This document shows positions 25,561 through 44,272 of a stretch of 64,000 nt of DNA, one piece after another. The DNA is from the human T2T-CHM13v2.0 reference genome, Homo sapiens. The notes below the pieces were generated by a model that saw nothing but the letters and a program-made list of their open reading frames with translations, did not search any database and was not told the DNA's origin. The stretch's first letter is position 1, and every line of letters begins with the position of its first letter. The translations under genes and the position numbers were made by a program. The stretch is taken from NCBI RefSeq assembly GCF_009914755.1, contig NC_060933.1; one strand, given 5' to 3'.

Positions 25561-26303
25561 TTAGGGTTAGGGTTAGGGTTGGGGTTGGGGTTGGGGTTAG
25601 GCTTAGGGCTTAGGGCTTAGGGCTAGGGCTAGGGCTAGGGCTAGAGTTAGGGTTGGGTTAGGGTAGGGTTAGGGTTAGGGGTTAGGGGTTAGGGTTTGGG
25701 TTCGGGTTTGGGTTATGGTTAGGGTTCGGGTTCAGGTTCGGATTTAGGGTTCAGGTTTATGGTTCGGGTTAGGGTTCAGGTTAGGGTTTGGGTTGGGTTT
25801 AGGGTTAGGGTTTAGGGTTAGGGTTTGGGTTAGGGGTTAGGGGTTAGGGTTAGGGGTGAGGGTGAGGGTGAGGATGAGGGTTAAGGTTTAAGGGTTAAGG
25901 GTTAGGGGTTAGGGTTAAGGGTCAGGGTCAGGGGTTAGGGTCAAGGGTTAGGGTCAAGGGTTAGGGTTAGGGGTTAAGAGTTAGGGGTTAGGGATTATGG
26001 TTTGGGTGAGGGTGAGGTGTGAGGGTGAGGATGAGGGTTAGCGTTTTAGGGTTATGGTTAGGGTTAAGGGTTAGGGCTAGCGGTTAGGGGTTAAGGGTTA
26101 GGGGTAGGATAAGGGTAAGGATTAGGGTTAGGGTCAGGGTAAGGGTAAGGGTAAGGATTAGGGTTAGGATTAGGGTAAGGGTAAGGGTTATGGTTAGGGT
26201 TTTAGGGTTAGGGTTTTAGGGTTAGGGTTAGGGGTTAGGGGTTAGGGTTAGGGTTAGGGTTAGGATTAGGGTTAGGATTAGGGGTTAGGGTTAGGGTTAG
26301 GGT
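25561..26303 (+). repeat. Interstitial degenerate telomeric repeat (TTAGGG)n, ~740 bp
   Basis: TTAGGG interspersed with TTGGGG, CTAGGG, TTCGGG, TGAGGG, TCAGGG, TAAGGG and TTAGGGG variants; G-rich strand is +. Confidence 0.98.
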
Positions 26304-27487
26304 ACTGTAAATAATTTCACATTATTACTAATAATAAATTATTATTTGTATTACACTATTACATAATGTAAAGGCTATTAAGACATGTTTGTCTTCAAAG
26401 AATGGCCTTGGTTTCTGTGGGCAGTGCCTCCTCATGGAAGGGTAATGCATTCCTGCTAAATCATGGACAAAACGGGCTTCCAGGAGCTACAGGCTGCAGC
26501 AGCAGCTCCTCCTCTAAGTCCTTCACTGCCTCAAACTCTTGTTGACTTTGTAAGCTTCTTTCAGTCTAGTTTTTTCAACAGAGCTAGTATTTCATGAGGT
26601 TCTACTACATACCAGGTTCCAGAAATCTAAATGCCTTTTGTTTGTTATTTTTCACTAAATACAAATCACAACTCTCTCCTCATTACTCACACAACAAAAT
26701 TTAGCTGAGGGAGATTGAGTGACTTTCCTAGGGTCACATAGCTACTAAGAGCAGAGCCGTGTTTAGATTCATGTGGGAATATTGAACACAGAAATGAACC
26801 AGTGGAAACATCCTGTGTTCCAAAAGCCTACTCAAGCCATTTGTTCTTATTTTAAGGAAAATCTTTATGCTAATTTTAAACTCCAAATACTTATGAATGG
26901 CAGAGATCTACAGATTTGATTCTGATGTAAGAAATGATGGTCACCAGCCGGTTACTGCTACCACCCCACAACCCCGAGCATACTGGACGAATGTCTAAGC
27001 CTTGTGGTTAGTGGGGACAATGCTGGTGGAGTCTGAAGTTGTCATGCAGTGACTCATGCAAGCTTAGGCAGATTTGGTGATATATGACACAGAGATGCAA
27101 AGAAATGTTGTAGCTGACACACACAGGCTGGCTCTGGGAGATGCAGAAGGAGCACGTCACCCAAAATAGAGCCAGACAGACATCCTTAAGGAAGGAGCAA
27201 AGGGGCTGCATCTTAAAGAATGTAGAAAGGATTTGTCATGAGAGATGGGGCAGGAAGTTCTTCAGAGGCAGAGGGAGAGCATGAGAATGTTGGGAAGGGA
27301 GGAGAGATTCTTGCACATCTGGGAAGCTGACAATCCATCAGCATGGCCAGAAGGAAAATAAGGAGGAGAAGCAGAAATAGATGAGGCTGGATATAGAAGC
27401 AGGGCTGAAGCTGTGTCGATTGTGGTAAAGAGTTGTGATTCTATCCAGAACGCAATAGGTAGCATTCTAAACAGAGATCTTTTAAAA

Positions 27488-27707
27488 CAAGAGTCAGCAA
27501 GTATTTTCTGCAGGGGGCTGAATGTTAAATATTTTAAGTTTTCCAAGCCATATGGTCTCTCTCTCAATGACTCAGCTCTTCCATTATACCATGAAAGTAG
27601 CCAGAGACATTATGTAACACATGTATTGGCTGTGTCCCATTACAACTTTACTTACAAATGCAGACTGTGTCAGACATGGTCCATGCATGGTAGTTTGCCA
27701 CACCCTG
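27488..27707. mobile_element. MER58A-like hAT-Charlie MITE
   Basis: Terminal inverted repeats caagagtcagcaa / ttgccacaccctg; 8-bp TSD ttttaaaa/ttttagaa. Confidence 0.75.
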
Positions 27708-30155
27708 TTTTAGAAAGCTCAGGTTTATGATGTGATGGAGAATGCCTACAAGAGCTCTTGTTTTAAATGGTAGAGTGAACATACACTGGAATTCTATCCT
27801 GCTTGACCCAAGCTCTTGATAGCGAAAGGTAGAAAAGATAGATGGTAAATAGATAGATAGATGATAGATAAAGAAAATACATAGCTGTTCCAGAAAACAG
27901 AAATGGATAACTTCATGAACCAAAAGCAGAGTAATATGCTTTAGAAAGGAAGCAGGCCGGAAAACCCACAGTTGCAAAACAAATAGAATTTCCAACTGCC
28001 TCTTGTAGCCCCTTCCTGGAAGTAGTCACAGCCCAGGGTGTTCGACTACTTCCTCTGTTTTTTGTTTGTTTGTTGTTTGCTTTTCTGTGGGGTTTCTGTT
28101 GTTGTTGTTTGCTTTTAAAAAAAAATTCCCTTTCCCTGCTTTTTTGTCACAGCAGCCTTTGTCACTTCAAACACCGCAAGTGTTCTTTAAAAAAAATTAT
28201 ATCAACCTTTCAATTAAAATGCAACATGTCTGAAAGTTGGTATCTGGAGAGGTGAGTTGGACAAAGGAGCCCTTGTTACTGCACGTTTTCATTCTTCAAA
28301 TTTCACCTTGCACGCAGTAACAGACAGTGCACAAAGCCACTTCCTTATGGACGGAAATTCTGAAATCCTTTTATGCCTGGCCTTTCCATCCTTCAACTTC
28401 CCCTCTCCCACGCTGTGAATGATTGTATTGGACATTTTTGTTTTAATGTCAGTGACAGGGGAACACAGGTAGCTCTAATATAGCTGTGACCCAGATGCTT
28501 CTGTTTCTAGCATGTATTTATTTTGTAGCAAACATTTACATCCATGATGTTTCACTGTCTTTTGAAAATAATTAGGCAATATCTCATCTGAGGTAGGATG
28601 TTTCTAGGGGTTGTGTTCTGAGGGAGGAAAACTAATCTGTTCTCTTTCCACTGCATTCTAGGAACAGTAAGAGGACCTTGTGCATGAATAATTTGTTTCC
28701 ACACTACAGAGTGGGTAATAAGCAGACTAGTAAAAACAATTCTGCTTCACTTCAATAACAGCCTCCTCCAACTCATTTTTTCTCAACAAACTTATTTTTC
28801 CAGCAGAAGAATCCCAGACTTCTTAGAGAACCCAGTGACTTTTTGCACCTTAAATCTGTGAAATCCTCATGTTTTCTTCTGCCGTATCCATAGTTCAAAC
28901 AAAGATGAGGCAAAGCTAGACGCATTCCTGAAGGAACCCAAGAAATTCCTCTCTTTCTTTCTCTGGAATGAAATGAATTCTCTAGACCACCAGTTCTAAC
29001 CTTCAAAAACCAAACCTGTTTGTGAGATCTTCAAATACTACTGTAGACCCCAGTGTTTATTCATTAAATTTTTTAAATATTTGTTTTATTTGGAATCAAA
29101 GTATTTGTAATTTTAGTGTTTGTATTAATATCAGGGAGAAATGTTTAAATCTGTCTTATGCCATATGTGCCTCTGGCTTATTGCCCAATTAATTGTAGTC
29201 TCAGGCTAAACTTTGGTTTCTGTCTTTAATTTTTGTCAGAAGAAATATAACTGATCTCAAAACATCTGCTTTTATTGTAGGGGCTCGTGCTGCCGTCTCC
29301 ATTCTTCTCTCTTTTCTTGCAATCTGGGTGGAAGTTCTTTAATATGAACATTTCAACCACCTTCATTCTACCATGTCCACTATCAGCACATTCAAACTGA
29401 TCCAGCCAAGGCTGTCATCTTAGGCCAGGGATTTTTTAGGAATCTATTTTGCTGTGATGCGGCTGGCACCCCTTTGACTCACTGTATCACCCCAGGGTTC
29501 TTTTCATTTCAGAAGCCCAAGAGGGCAGAAAAAGAAGTAGGTGAGCAATTAAACACTCTGAGTCAGGAGCGTCTCCCCTTGCGTTAAGCAATGTTGTAGA
29601 ACATCGATGTTCTACATCGATGTTGGTGACCTTGGTACCATTTTGTCCACTTGATTGGAAAAGCCAGTCAATAATTTCAGGTCACTGTTGGCCTTAGAAG
29701 AAGAGCCCAAAGGCAACAAGCAAAGGCGCTGGTGTCCAGTCGCCTTCTAGAAGCATTTTCACTTTCCCTTAAGGTTTCCCTTGATGAACATAGAAGTACT
29801 GTATGTAGAATTGACCCAGTGCTGCCCTGGCAACTTTGTATATTAGGCCAAATTTACATTTCTTACCTTTATGAGAGGCACCCTGGTAGGCTAGTGGAGT
29901 TACACACAAAGTCTGATCTCAGCTGCACTGTCCAGAAATGCAACACGGTCCAATCAAATAACATTCTCTGAGCCTGTTTCTTTAGCTGTGAAAGAAGAAT
30001 AACATACCCATCTAAAAAGGCAGCTTATTGTATTTGATTGGTCTTTTATTTTCTATGAAACTGTGTTTAACACAGTAATTATTTTCATTTGTGTACTACA
30101 TTTGTGTTGTGTTTTTGGTTTTAGTTTTGTTTTTGAAATGGAGTCTTTTTTTTAG

Positions 30156-32009
<1,854 letters not shown>

Positions 32010-32528
32010 AGCTCTATTTCTTTAAGCCTACATGTTTTGCACTTGTTAAAAGTATTTGAACATACAATTACTCAGCTTCCCTTGTTTACGCGTGAATTTT
32101 GTAGAATCTTAAATATTTTTTCCAATCTAAGCTTTATTTTATCCCGTTTCTTCTATATTTGTATAACTTTAGGTGGCTATCTTCATTGAAAGTTTTTTCT
32201 CAAAAGCCTTAAGATAGAACGTAGTTCTTGGCAGCAATTTGAAAGTTATTTGAGGAGAAGGGGAGACTTACAATGATGATTCAAATGAAGGAAACTAAAA
32301 AGTAATGAAGCAAGGCAGAGGAAAAAGCAGTACTCACTTGAGCACATCCCAAAAGAATAACATTTCAAATGTAACTAGAAAAAAGTATGCTGAAGTTCGC
32401 AATACAGAAATAATTATTAATAAGATAGCTTTAAAGCCCTGCTCAGCTTTTGAATGTTGGGAATTGACCCAGAGGTGGCTGTAACCTAAGATGGTTCCTT
32501 CAGTAATGACCATTTTTTCTTTTTCAAG

Positions 32529-32769
<241 letters not shown>

Positions 32770-33256
32770 TAAAGCCAGGAGCATTTTACAAGTCACGTTA
32801 CAGACATTGTTTAAACATAGTCTGTATTTACCAAAGTATAGGACATTGTATCATCTCATATTAATTAGTTAGTTGGCTCAAAATTAGTGCTAATGACTTA
32901 GTAATTCAGTGATTTCTGTTAGCTTTAAAACCTTTATTTCAGAACTATTTCACCTCTTGGTTTTCATTTTTGCAGTGTGTCACTGCCTGCTGGCTGCTAA
33001 TTTATTAACTCCCAGTGAATCATGTCCTGTGAAGGGACTGAATATTAGTGGCAATGTATGTTGATGATTTGTATTTTGAATAAATAGTTTGAATACATAG
33101 AACATTAAGCTTGTATACATTTTGAAAATAGTATTTTAATATTCTACTGTGTCATAGTTACAATGATTGGATATATATTGAATTTATATGTACTTTAAGT
33201 TGTTATATGTTTATGGTCTTTAGCATTCTAACGTGCAATTGTATATCTGTTACGTC

Positions 33257-37905
<4,649 letters not shown>

Positions 37906-38223
37906 GCTGTAAAGTCTTATTTCACACAGCTGAGACATGTTTTAGGAAGTTTGCTAAAAGACCCCTGGAGACCTCCTCATTGTGACCTCCCTGTTATTGT
38001 GTTTAATTTGATTGAACTTTTCTGCCCTCCTGCTTTTCAGCTTCTCTAATAGTCTCCCATTAAACCAATTCTAAGAACCACCAAGAAGGGGAAATTTTTT
38101 CTTGAAAGCAGTAAAATGATATGGACTGTTAGAATGTAAAATATATGAAATCAGTCATTATATGTTAGTGCTGCTCTGACATAGGGACCTGTTATTGAGA
38201 AGCAACTTTTGCTTGGTTTTCAG

Positions 38224-38289
38224 AGAAATGGAATCATCGTATCGCTGATCTACGTAAACAAACTGAAGAATTGTCTGAAAGAAAATATG
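38224..38289 (+). pseudogene. GTF2IP: GTF2I-like exon (66 nt)
   Basis: ttttcAG|AGAAATGGAAT...AAATATG|GTATGT = KWNHRIADLRKQTEELSERKY. Confidence 0.9.
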
Positions 38290-40446
38290 GTATGTCTAAA
38301 CTGGAAAAGTCTTGTAATCTTAGGTTCATGGGCGTTTACACAGTGGAGTTACTGTTCATCATGGGGGTACTGTGGACAATCCCAGGGCTGCCGGCGAGTC
38401 ATGCCATCCTTATATGTTTCTCCTTGTAAGGTGCTTTGTAGTGTCTACACACTTTGTTTCTAGATTGCTGCAAAGCTGAGGAAAAGTTGTATTTCTTTAG
38501 TTATTAGTTAGCATTTCTTTTAAACTTTCAGTATGGAGATTGGAAATTTATTTACATATTTATTGCAAAGCCCTGGATCTTAGGAATTTCATTGAATTAT
38601 TTATTTATTTTTTTTGAGACGGAGCCTCACTCTGTCGCCCAGGCTGGAGTGCAGTGGCACGATCTCGGCTCACTGCAACCTCCGCCTCCCGGGTTCAAGC
38701 AGTTCTCTGCCTCAGCCTCCCGAGCAGCTAGGATTACAGGCACCAGCCACCACGCCTGGCTGATTTTTGTATTTTTAGTAGAGACGGGGTTTCATGATCT
38801 TGGCTAGGCTGGTCTTGAACTGCTGACCTCCTGATCCACTCACCTCAGCCTCCCAAAGTGCTGGGATTATATGTGTGAGCCACCATGCCTGGCCAAATAT
38901 TATTTTTTTAAATGAATTGTTTCTCTTAGTCTGCTTTGTTAAATTTGGAATTCATCTGGGCGTGGTGGCTCACACCTGTAATCCCAGCACTTTGGGAGGC
39001 CAAGGCAGGCAGATATCTAGGTCGGGAGTTCGAGACCAGCCTGACCAACATGGAGAAACCCCGTCTCTACTAAAAATACAAAATTAGACGGGTGTGGTGG
39101 CGCATGTCTGTAATCCCAGCTATTCGGGAGGCCAAGGCAGGAGAATCGCTTGAACCCAGGAGGCAGAGGTTGCAGTGAGGCGAGGTTGGCACCATTGCAC
39201 TGTAGCCTGGGCAAAAAGAGCAAAACTCCATCTCAAAATAAATAAATAAATAAAATGTTCAGTACTCACCAAGGTGCCCCTGTTGTCTCTACTTTTATCT
39301 TGATGCATCACTGAATTGATGTTAGATTTCAAATTCATCATTACACTGATACTATTCTATCCTGAAGCCACCTTTATATAGTGATGAAAGAAATTAGCGA
39401 TTTGTTATTATCCTCTCTCTGTTGGTATATATCAAATACTCACCTAAAAAAGAGCAACAACCAGTGGAAAACATGATGTTTTTATTTGGGTGACTATTTA
39501 CTTGTAACCTACTAGCAAACTATAAAATTGTATGATATGCAGAATTTTAACTGAATTGCTTTAAGTGAACATTTAAACATGATAAACAATATTGATGGTA
39601 TTTATGTTAATATACTTAAAATGAACATTTTTCTTCATCATGAGTAATATAACCTACTCCTCAATGAAAACCTAGCACTAAATTTGCTAATGTATTCAAT
39701 AACATTTCCATAATATTTTTAGTTACATGCTTAAGGTTCTCTTAGTGTTTCTCCCACTTTTTAATAGCTTATGCCTTTTTCACCTTTGGTTTTTTTTTGG
39801 TTCATTTTAAAGCAAAAATCTCACAACATGTGATATCTGGAAACACTGTAACCTAGTGGTAAGACCATAGGCCCTGGGGACACAGGCTGGCCACGTCTCT
39901 TCTCCTGTCTGAGCTTTAGTGTCCTCTTTTGTGGTCATGAGAACTGAAGATCTGTCCCGAAGATTTGATAAGATAGTAAAGTGCTTCACATAATACCAGA
40001 CATATAAATACACAGTAAATGCTTCCTTCTTATATTTTTATTGATTGATTGATGGAGACAGAATCTTGCTCTCTTGCCCAGGCTGGAATGCAGTGGCGTG
40101 ATAATGGTTTCTGCAACCTCCACCTCCTGGGTTCAGGCAATTCTCCTGCCTCAGCCTCCCGAGTAGCTGGGATTACAGGTGCCTGCCACCATGCCCAGCT
40201 AATTATTGTACTTTTAGTACAGACGGGGTTTTACCATGTTGGCCAGGCTGGTCTCGAACTCCTGACCTCATGATCTGCCTGCCTCGGCCTCCCAAACTGC
40301 TGGGATTACAGGTGTGAGCCACTGTGCCCAGTCTGTCTTTTCTCTTCACACCCGCAGTTCATGATGAAATATTAAATATGTACTAGTGGATATTACTTTG
40401 CTGAATATTGCCTAATGAATATTAAGTATTTATTCTCACCTTTCAG

Positions 40447-40505
40447 ACATGAACTTATGAATTCAACAGGTGAAGATTTACAACTTGATAAATCAACTTT
40501 GTCAG
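40447..40505 (+). pseudogene. GTF2IP: GTF2I-like exon (59 nt)
   Basis: ctttcAG|ACATGAACTTATG...TTGTCAG|GTACGT = HELMNSTGEDLQLDKSTLS. Confidence 0.85.
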
Positions 40506-41566
40506 GTACGTCTTCAGTCAAGTCAGATTAGAAGATTATGTGAGGTAATTAACACTTAACATTGATTTAATGGTAGCTTCCACATGAAATAGTATGCCTC
40601 TAAGTATTAATTATGTCCTAGGACAGGAGAATTCATGTTGTCAAAATTCTCATACTCTCTAGAACAATAAACTCATTTTCTTTTTATTAGTAAATATTGC
40701 ATTTATGGGTAGACAAAACTGAAAGAACAATATTTGTTCTACTTTTGAGATGCAAGATTCATCTGGCATAATGCATTGAACAGGTTATTATTGAAGTCTA
40801 CACCAGTCAACTGAATAAGCATTCATCAAATGTCCATGATATGCAGGACATAAGTTTTCTTTTAGAGTATGGAACCATGCATATTATCTTTAAATTAGAT
40901 GATTTAGTTAGATATGTTTTTAAAGAACTAGAAATATAATTGTTTTTCTTGTTTTGGCTCTGGAGTGGAGTGGGGACGAAACAGAATGGATTCACACTTG
41001 TTTAGATTTACTAAAATGGAAAGATTGCAGCAAGATCATATCCCTAGTCTCCCTATAGCAAATGTCACCTGCTAGCTGTTTTTTTTTTTTTTTTTTTTTT
41101 TGGAGGTTGAAGTTTTGTTCTGTCACGCACGCTGGAGTGCAGTGGTATGATCTCAGCTCATGGCAAGCTCACCTCCTGTGTTCAAGCAATTCTCCCTGCC
41201 TCAGCCTCCTAAGTAGCTGGGATTAAAGGCCTCTGCCACCACGCCTGCCTAATTTTTGTATTTGTAGTAGAGTTGGGGTTTCACCATGTTGGCCAGGCTG
41301 GCCTTGAACTCCTGACTTCAGGAGATTCACCCACCTCAGCCTCCCAAAGTGCTTGGGATTATGGGTGTGTCACTGCACTTGGATTTAATGGGATATTTCA
41401 CTACAGACTTCGGTAAACAGAATATTAGCATTTTTGGTGTTCTTTTTATTTTACTCATACTGTTTTTCTTTGGACTCAATCACAATAACAGAATTAAAGA
41501 TCAAAGTGTAAAAGTTAAAGACCAGTACAGATTCAATAATTATTCTTTTCTACATACTGTGTTTAA

Positions 41567-42124
<558 letters not shown>

Positions 42125-42218
42125 GTAAGATTCCTGGATTCTTATTGGACTGTTGTCTCTGTTATGAGTAATCCATCTTTAGTCATTCACCACTAGGGTT
42201 GTATTTAATTAAGTCTGA

Positions 42219-42443
<225 letters not shown>

Positions 42444-43675
42444 TGACCAGGCTGGTCTAGAACTCCTGACCTTGGGTGATCCACCCGCCTCGGCCTCCTA
42501 AAGTGCTGGGATTACAGGCATGAGCCACTGCGCCCAGCCTGGGCCTGCTTCTTTCTCTTTTTCTTTTTTTTTCATTAGCAGCTTAAAATTGGTGCCTTAT
42601 TCAGACACAAGCAATAGGACATTAGCCCAGCTTTGGAAATAGGTGAGAGCCCATATATGATTTTCCTAGTTTCTCCTCCCCCTTTGCTTTTTGCTCTCTT
42701 GTTAGTATATTAATTGTTTTCACTCTCTGAATCTTTTTTCCCCATTTCTTTGGCAGACATTTTTACTTGTCTTGGAAGAGTAGGTGAAGAGCTGTTTTTA
42801 GGACTCTTTGAAAGGGTACAGTATGGGTGACAGTCTTGGCTAATGGTAACATCCAGGGAGCTGGGTTCAGCGTGAGCTGGAATCAGTTCAAATTAGCAAA
42901 GCACTGGCACTCAGTAGCAGGAATACAAGTGACTGCAAAGTGTTAAACACATCTGGAAAGGGATACTGACATCATCCTCAGAATCTGTGGGGAGTTCACA
43001 TAGCCAGTTAAGACCCATTCTTCTTTGACCCTGTAAAGATTCTTTAAAGAATAAATACCCTTAGTGGTTTTCTAGCCAGCTTGCCTGCTCATTTATCTTT
43101 GAGGACGACATGCCTTGTGGAGCTCCACAGGCCCCAGAGGGGTATGGATTCTGCATTTAAAAGTGCTGAAGCTGAGAGACTGGGTCTTGGTGGACCCCGA
43201 GAGGTCTGTTTCTCCTCTACTCATTGTTCCTTTTTTTCCCAACAGCTGGCATTGCTGTTTAAATGGGTTGTTCTTTGCTGTTTTAAGTTGTTTCATAGTG
43301 GTGTGTCAGGATTTGGGTTTTCTTAATACTTTCCAAGCTGGTGACTTGAGTGGTGGTTAGGGAGGAAATGTTTTAGGGCTGTTCTGGAGCTATTGAGGTC
43401 AGGTGTCTAGATACTCCCAGCTTGTCTGTTGAGGAGAATGCTGTTCTCATTGTGCTGCCTTTGGTGGTGCTGTGTGTGGCTCTTTAGATGTGCGTGGAGG
43501 TGAGCTGGGGGAGTTAATGAGATCTTTTTTAGGTGCTTTTCATAAAGTAGCCTGCACTACAGGATTCACTGTGACTTTTTTCCTTAACCTATGCATTTCT
43601 CTCTGCTAGCTTTTGCTGTCTTTCTCATGCCTTTGATTTTCCCAGCTCCTCTTAGTTGAATTAACCTAAGTGCTC

Positions 43676-44272
43676 TGCTATGGTTTAAATGTGTCCCCCA
43701 AAGTTTATGTGCTGGAAACTCAATCCTCAATGCAACAGTTGGGATGTGGGGCCTAATAAAATAGCCTTCATGAATGAGTTAATGTTGTTATTGTGGTAAT
43801 AGATTAGTAATCACAGAGTGGGCTTATTATAAAACAGAGTTCAGCCCCTTTTGCCCTCTTGCTTTCTTGCACTCTCTTTTCCTTCTGCCTTCTGTAGTGG
43901 GATGATGCAGCAAGAAGACCCTTACCAGATGCAGGCCCCTCAACCTTGGACTTCCTAACATCCAGAACTGTTAAGAAATAAAATTTATTCCTTTCCTTTC
44001 CTTTTCTTCCTCCTTTCCCTTCTCTTCCCTTTTCTTCCCTTCCCCTCCCTCCCTCTCTCTCTCCCTCCCTCCCTCCTTCCCTCCCTTCCTCCTTCCCTCT
44101 TTCTCTCTTTCCCTTCCTTCCTTTCCTTCTTTCCCTTCCTTCCTTTCCTTCCCTCCTTCCCTTTTTCCCTCCTTCCCTCCTCCCTTCCTTTTTTCTTTCC
44201 TTCCTTTTTTCCTTTTTATAAATTATGCAGTCTGTGGTATTCTTTTATAGAAGCATGAAATGGACAAAGACT
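43676..44272 (+). mobile_element. MST-type MaLR LTR containing a CT-rich expansion
   Basis: tgctatggtttaaatgtgtcccccaaag...gatgcagcaagaagacccttaccagatgcaggcccctcaaccttggacttcc...aaatggacaaagac. Confidence 0.75.
43988..44217 (+). repeat. Pure polypyrimidine (CCTT/CCCT) microsatellite, ~230 bp
   Basis: Uninterrupted C/T run. Confidence 0.95.

Noticed and set aside
25561-26303. Head-to-head telomere fusion site (2q13-type) or true chromosome end
   Set aside because: Only one orientation is present (no CCCTAA arm), and ~38 kb of non-telomeric sequence follows.
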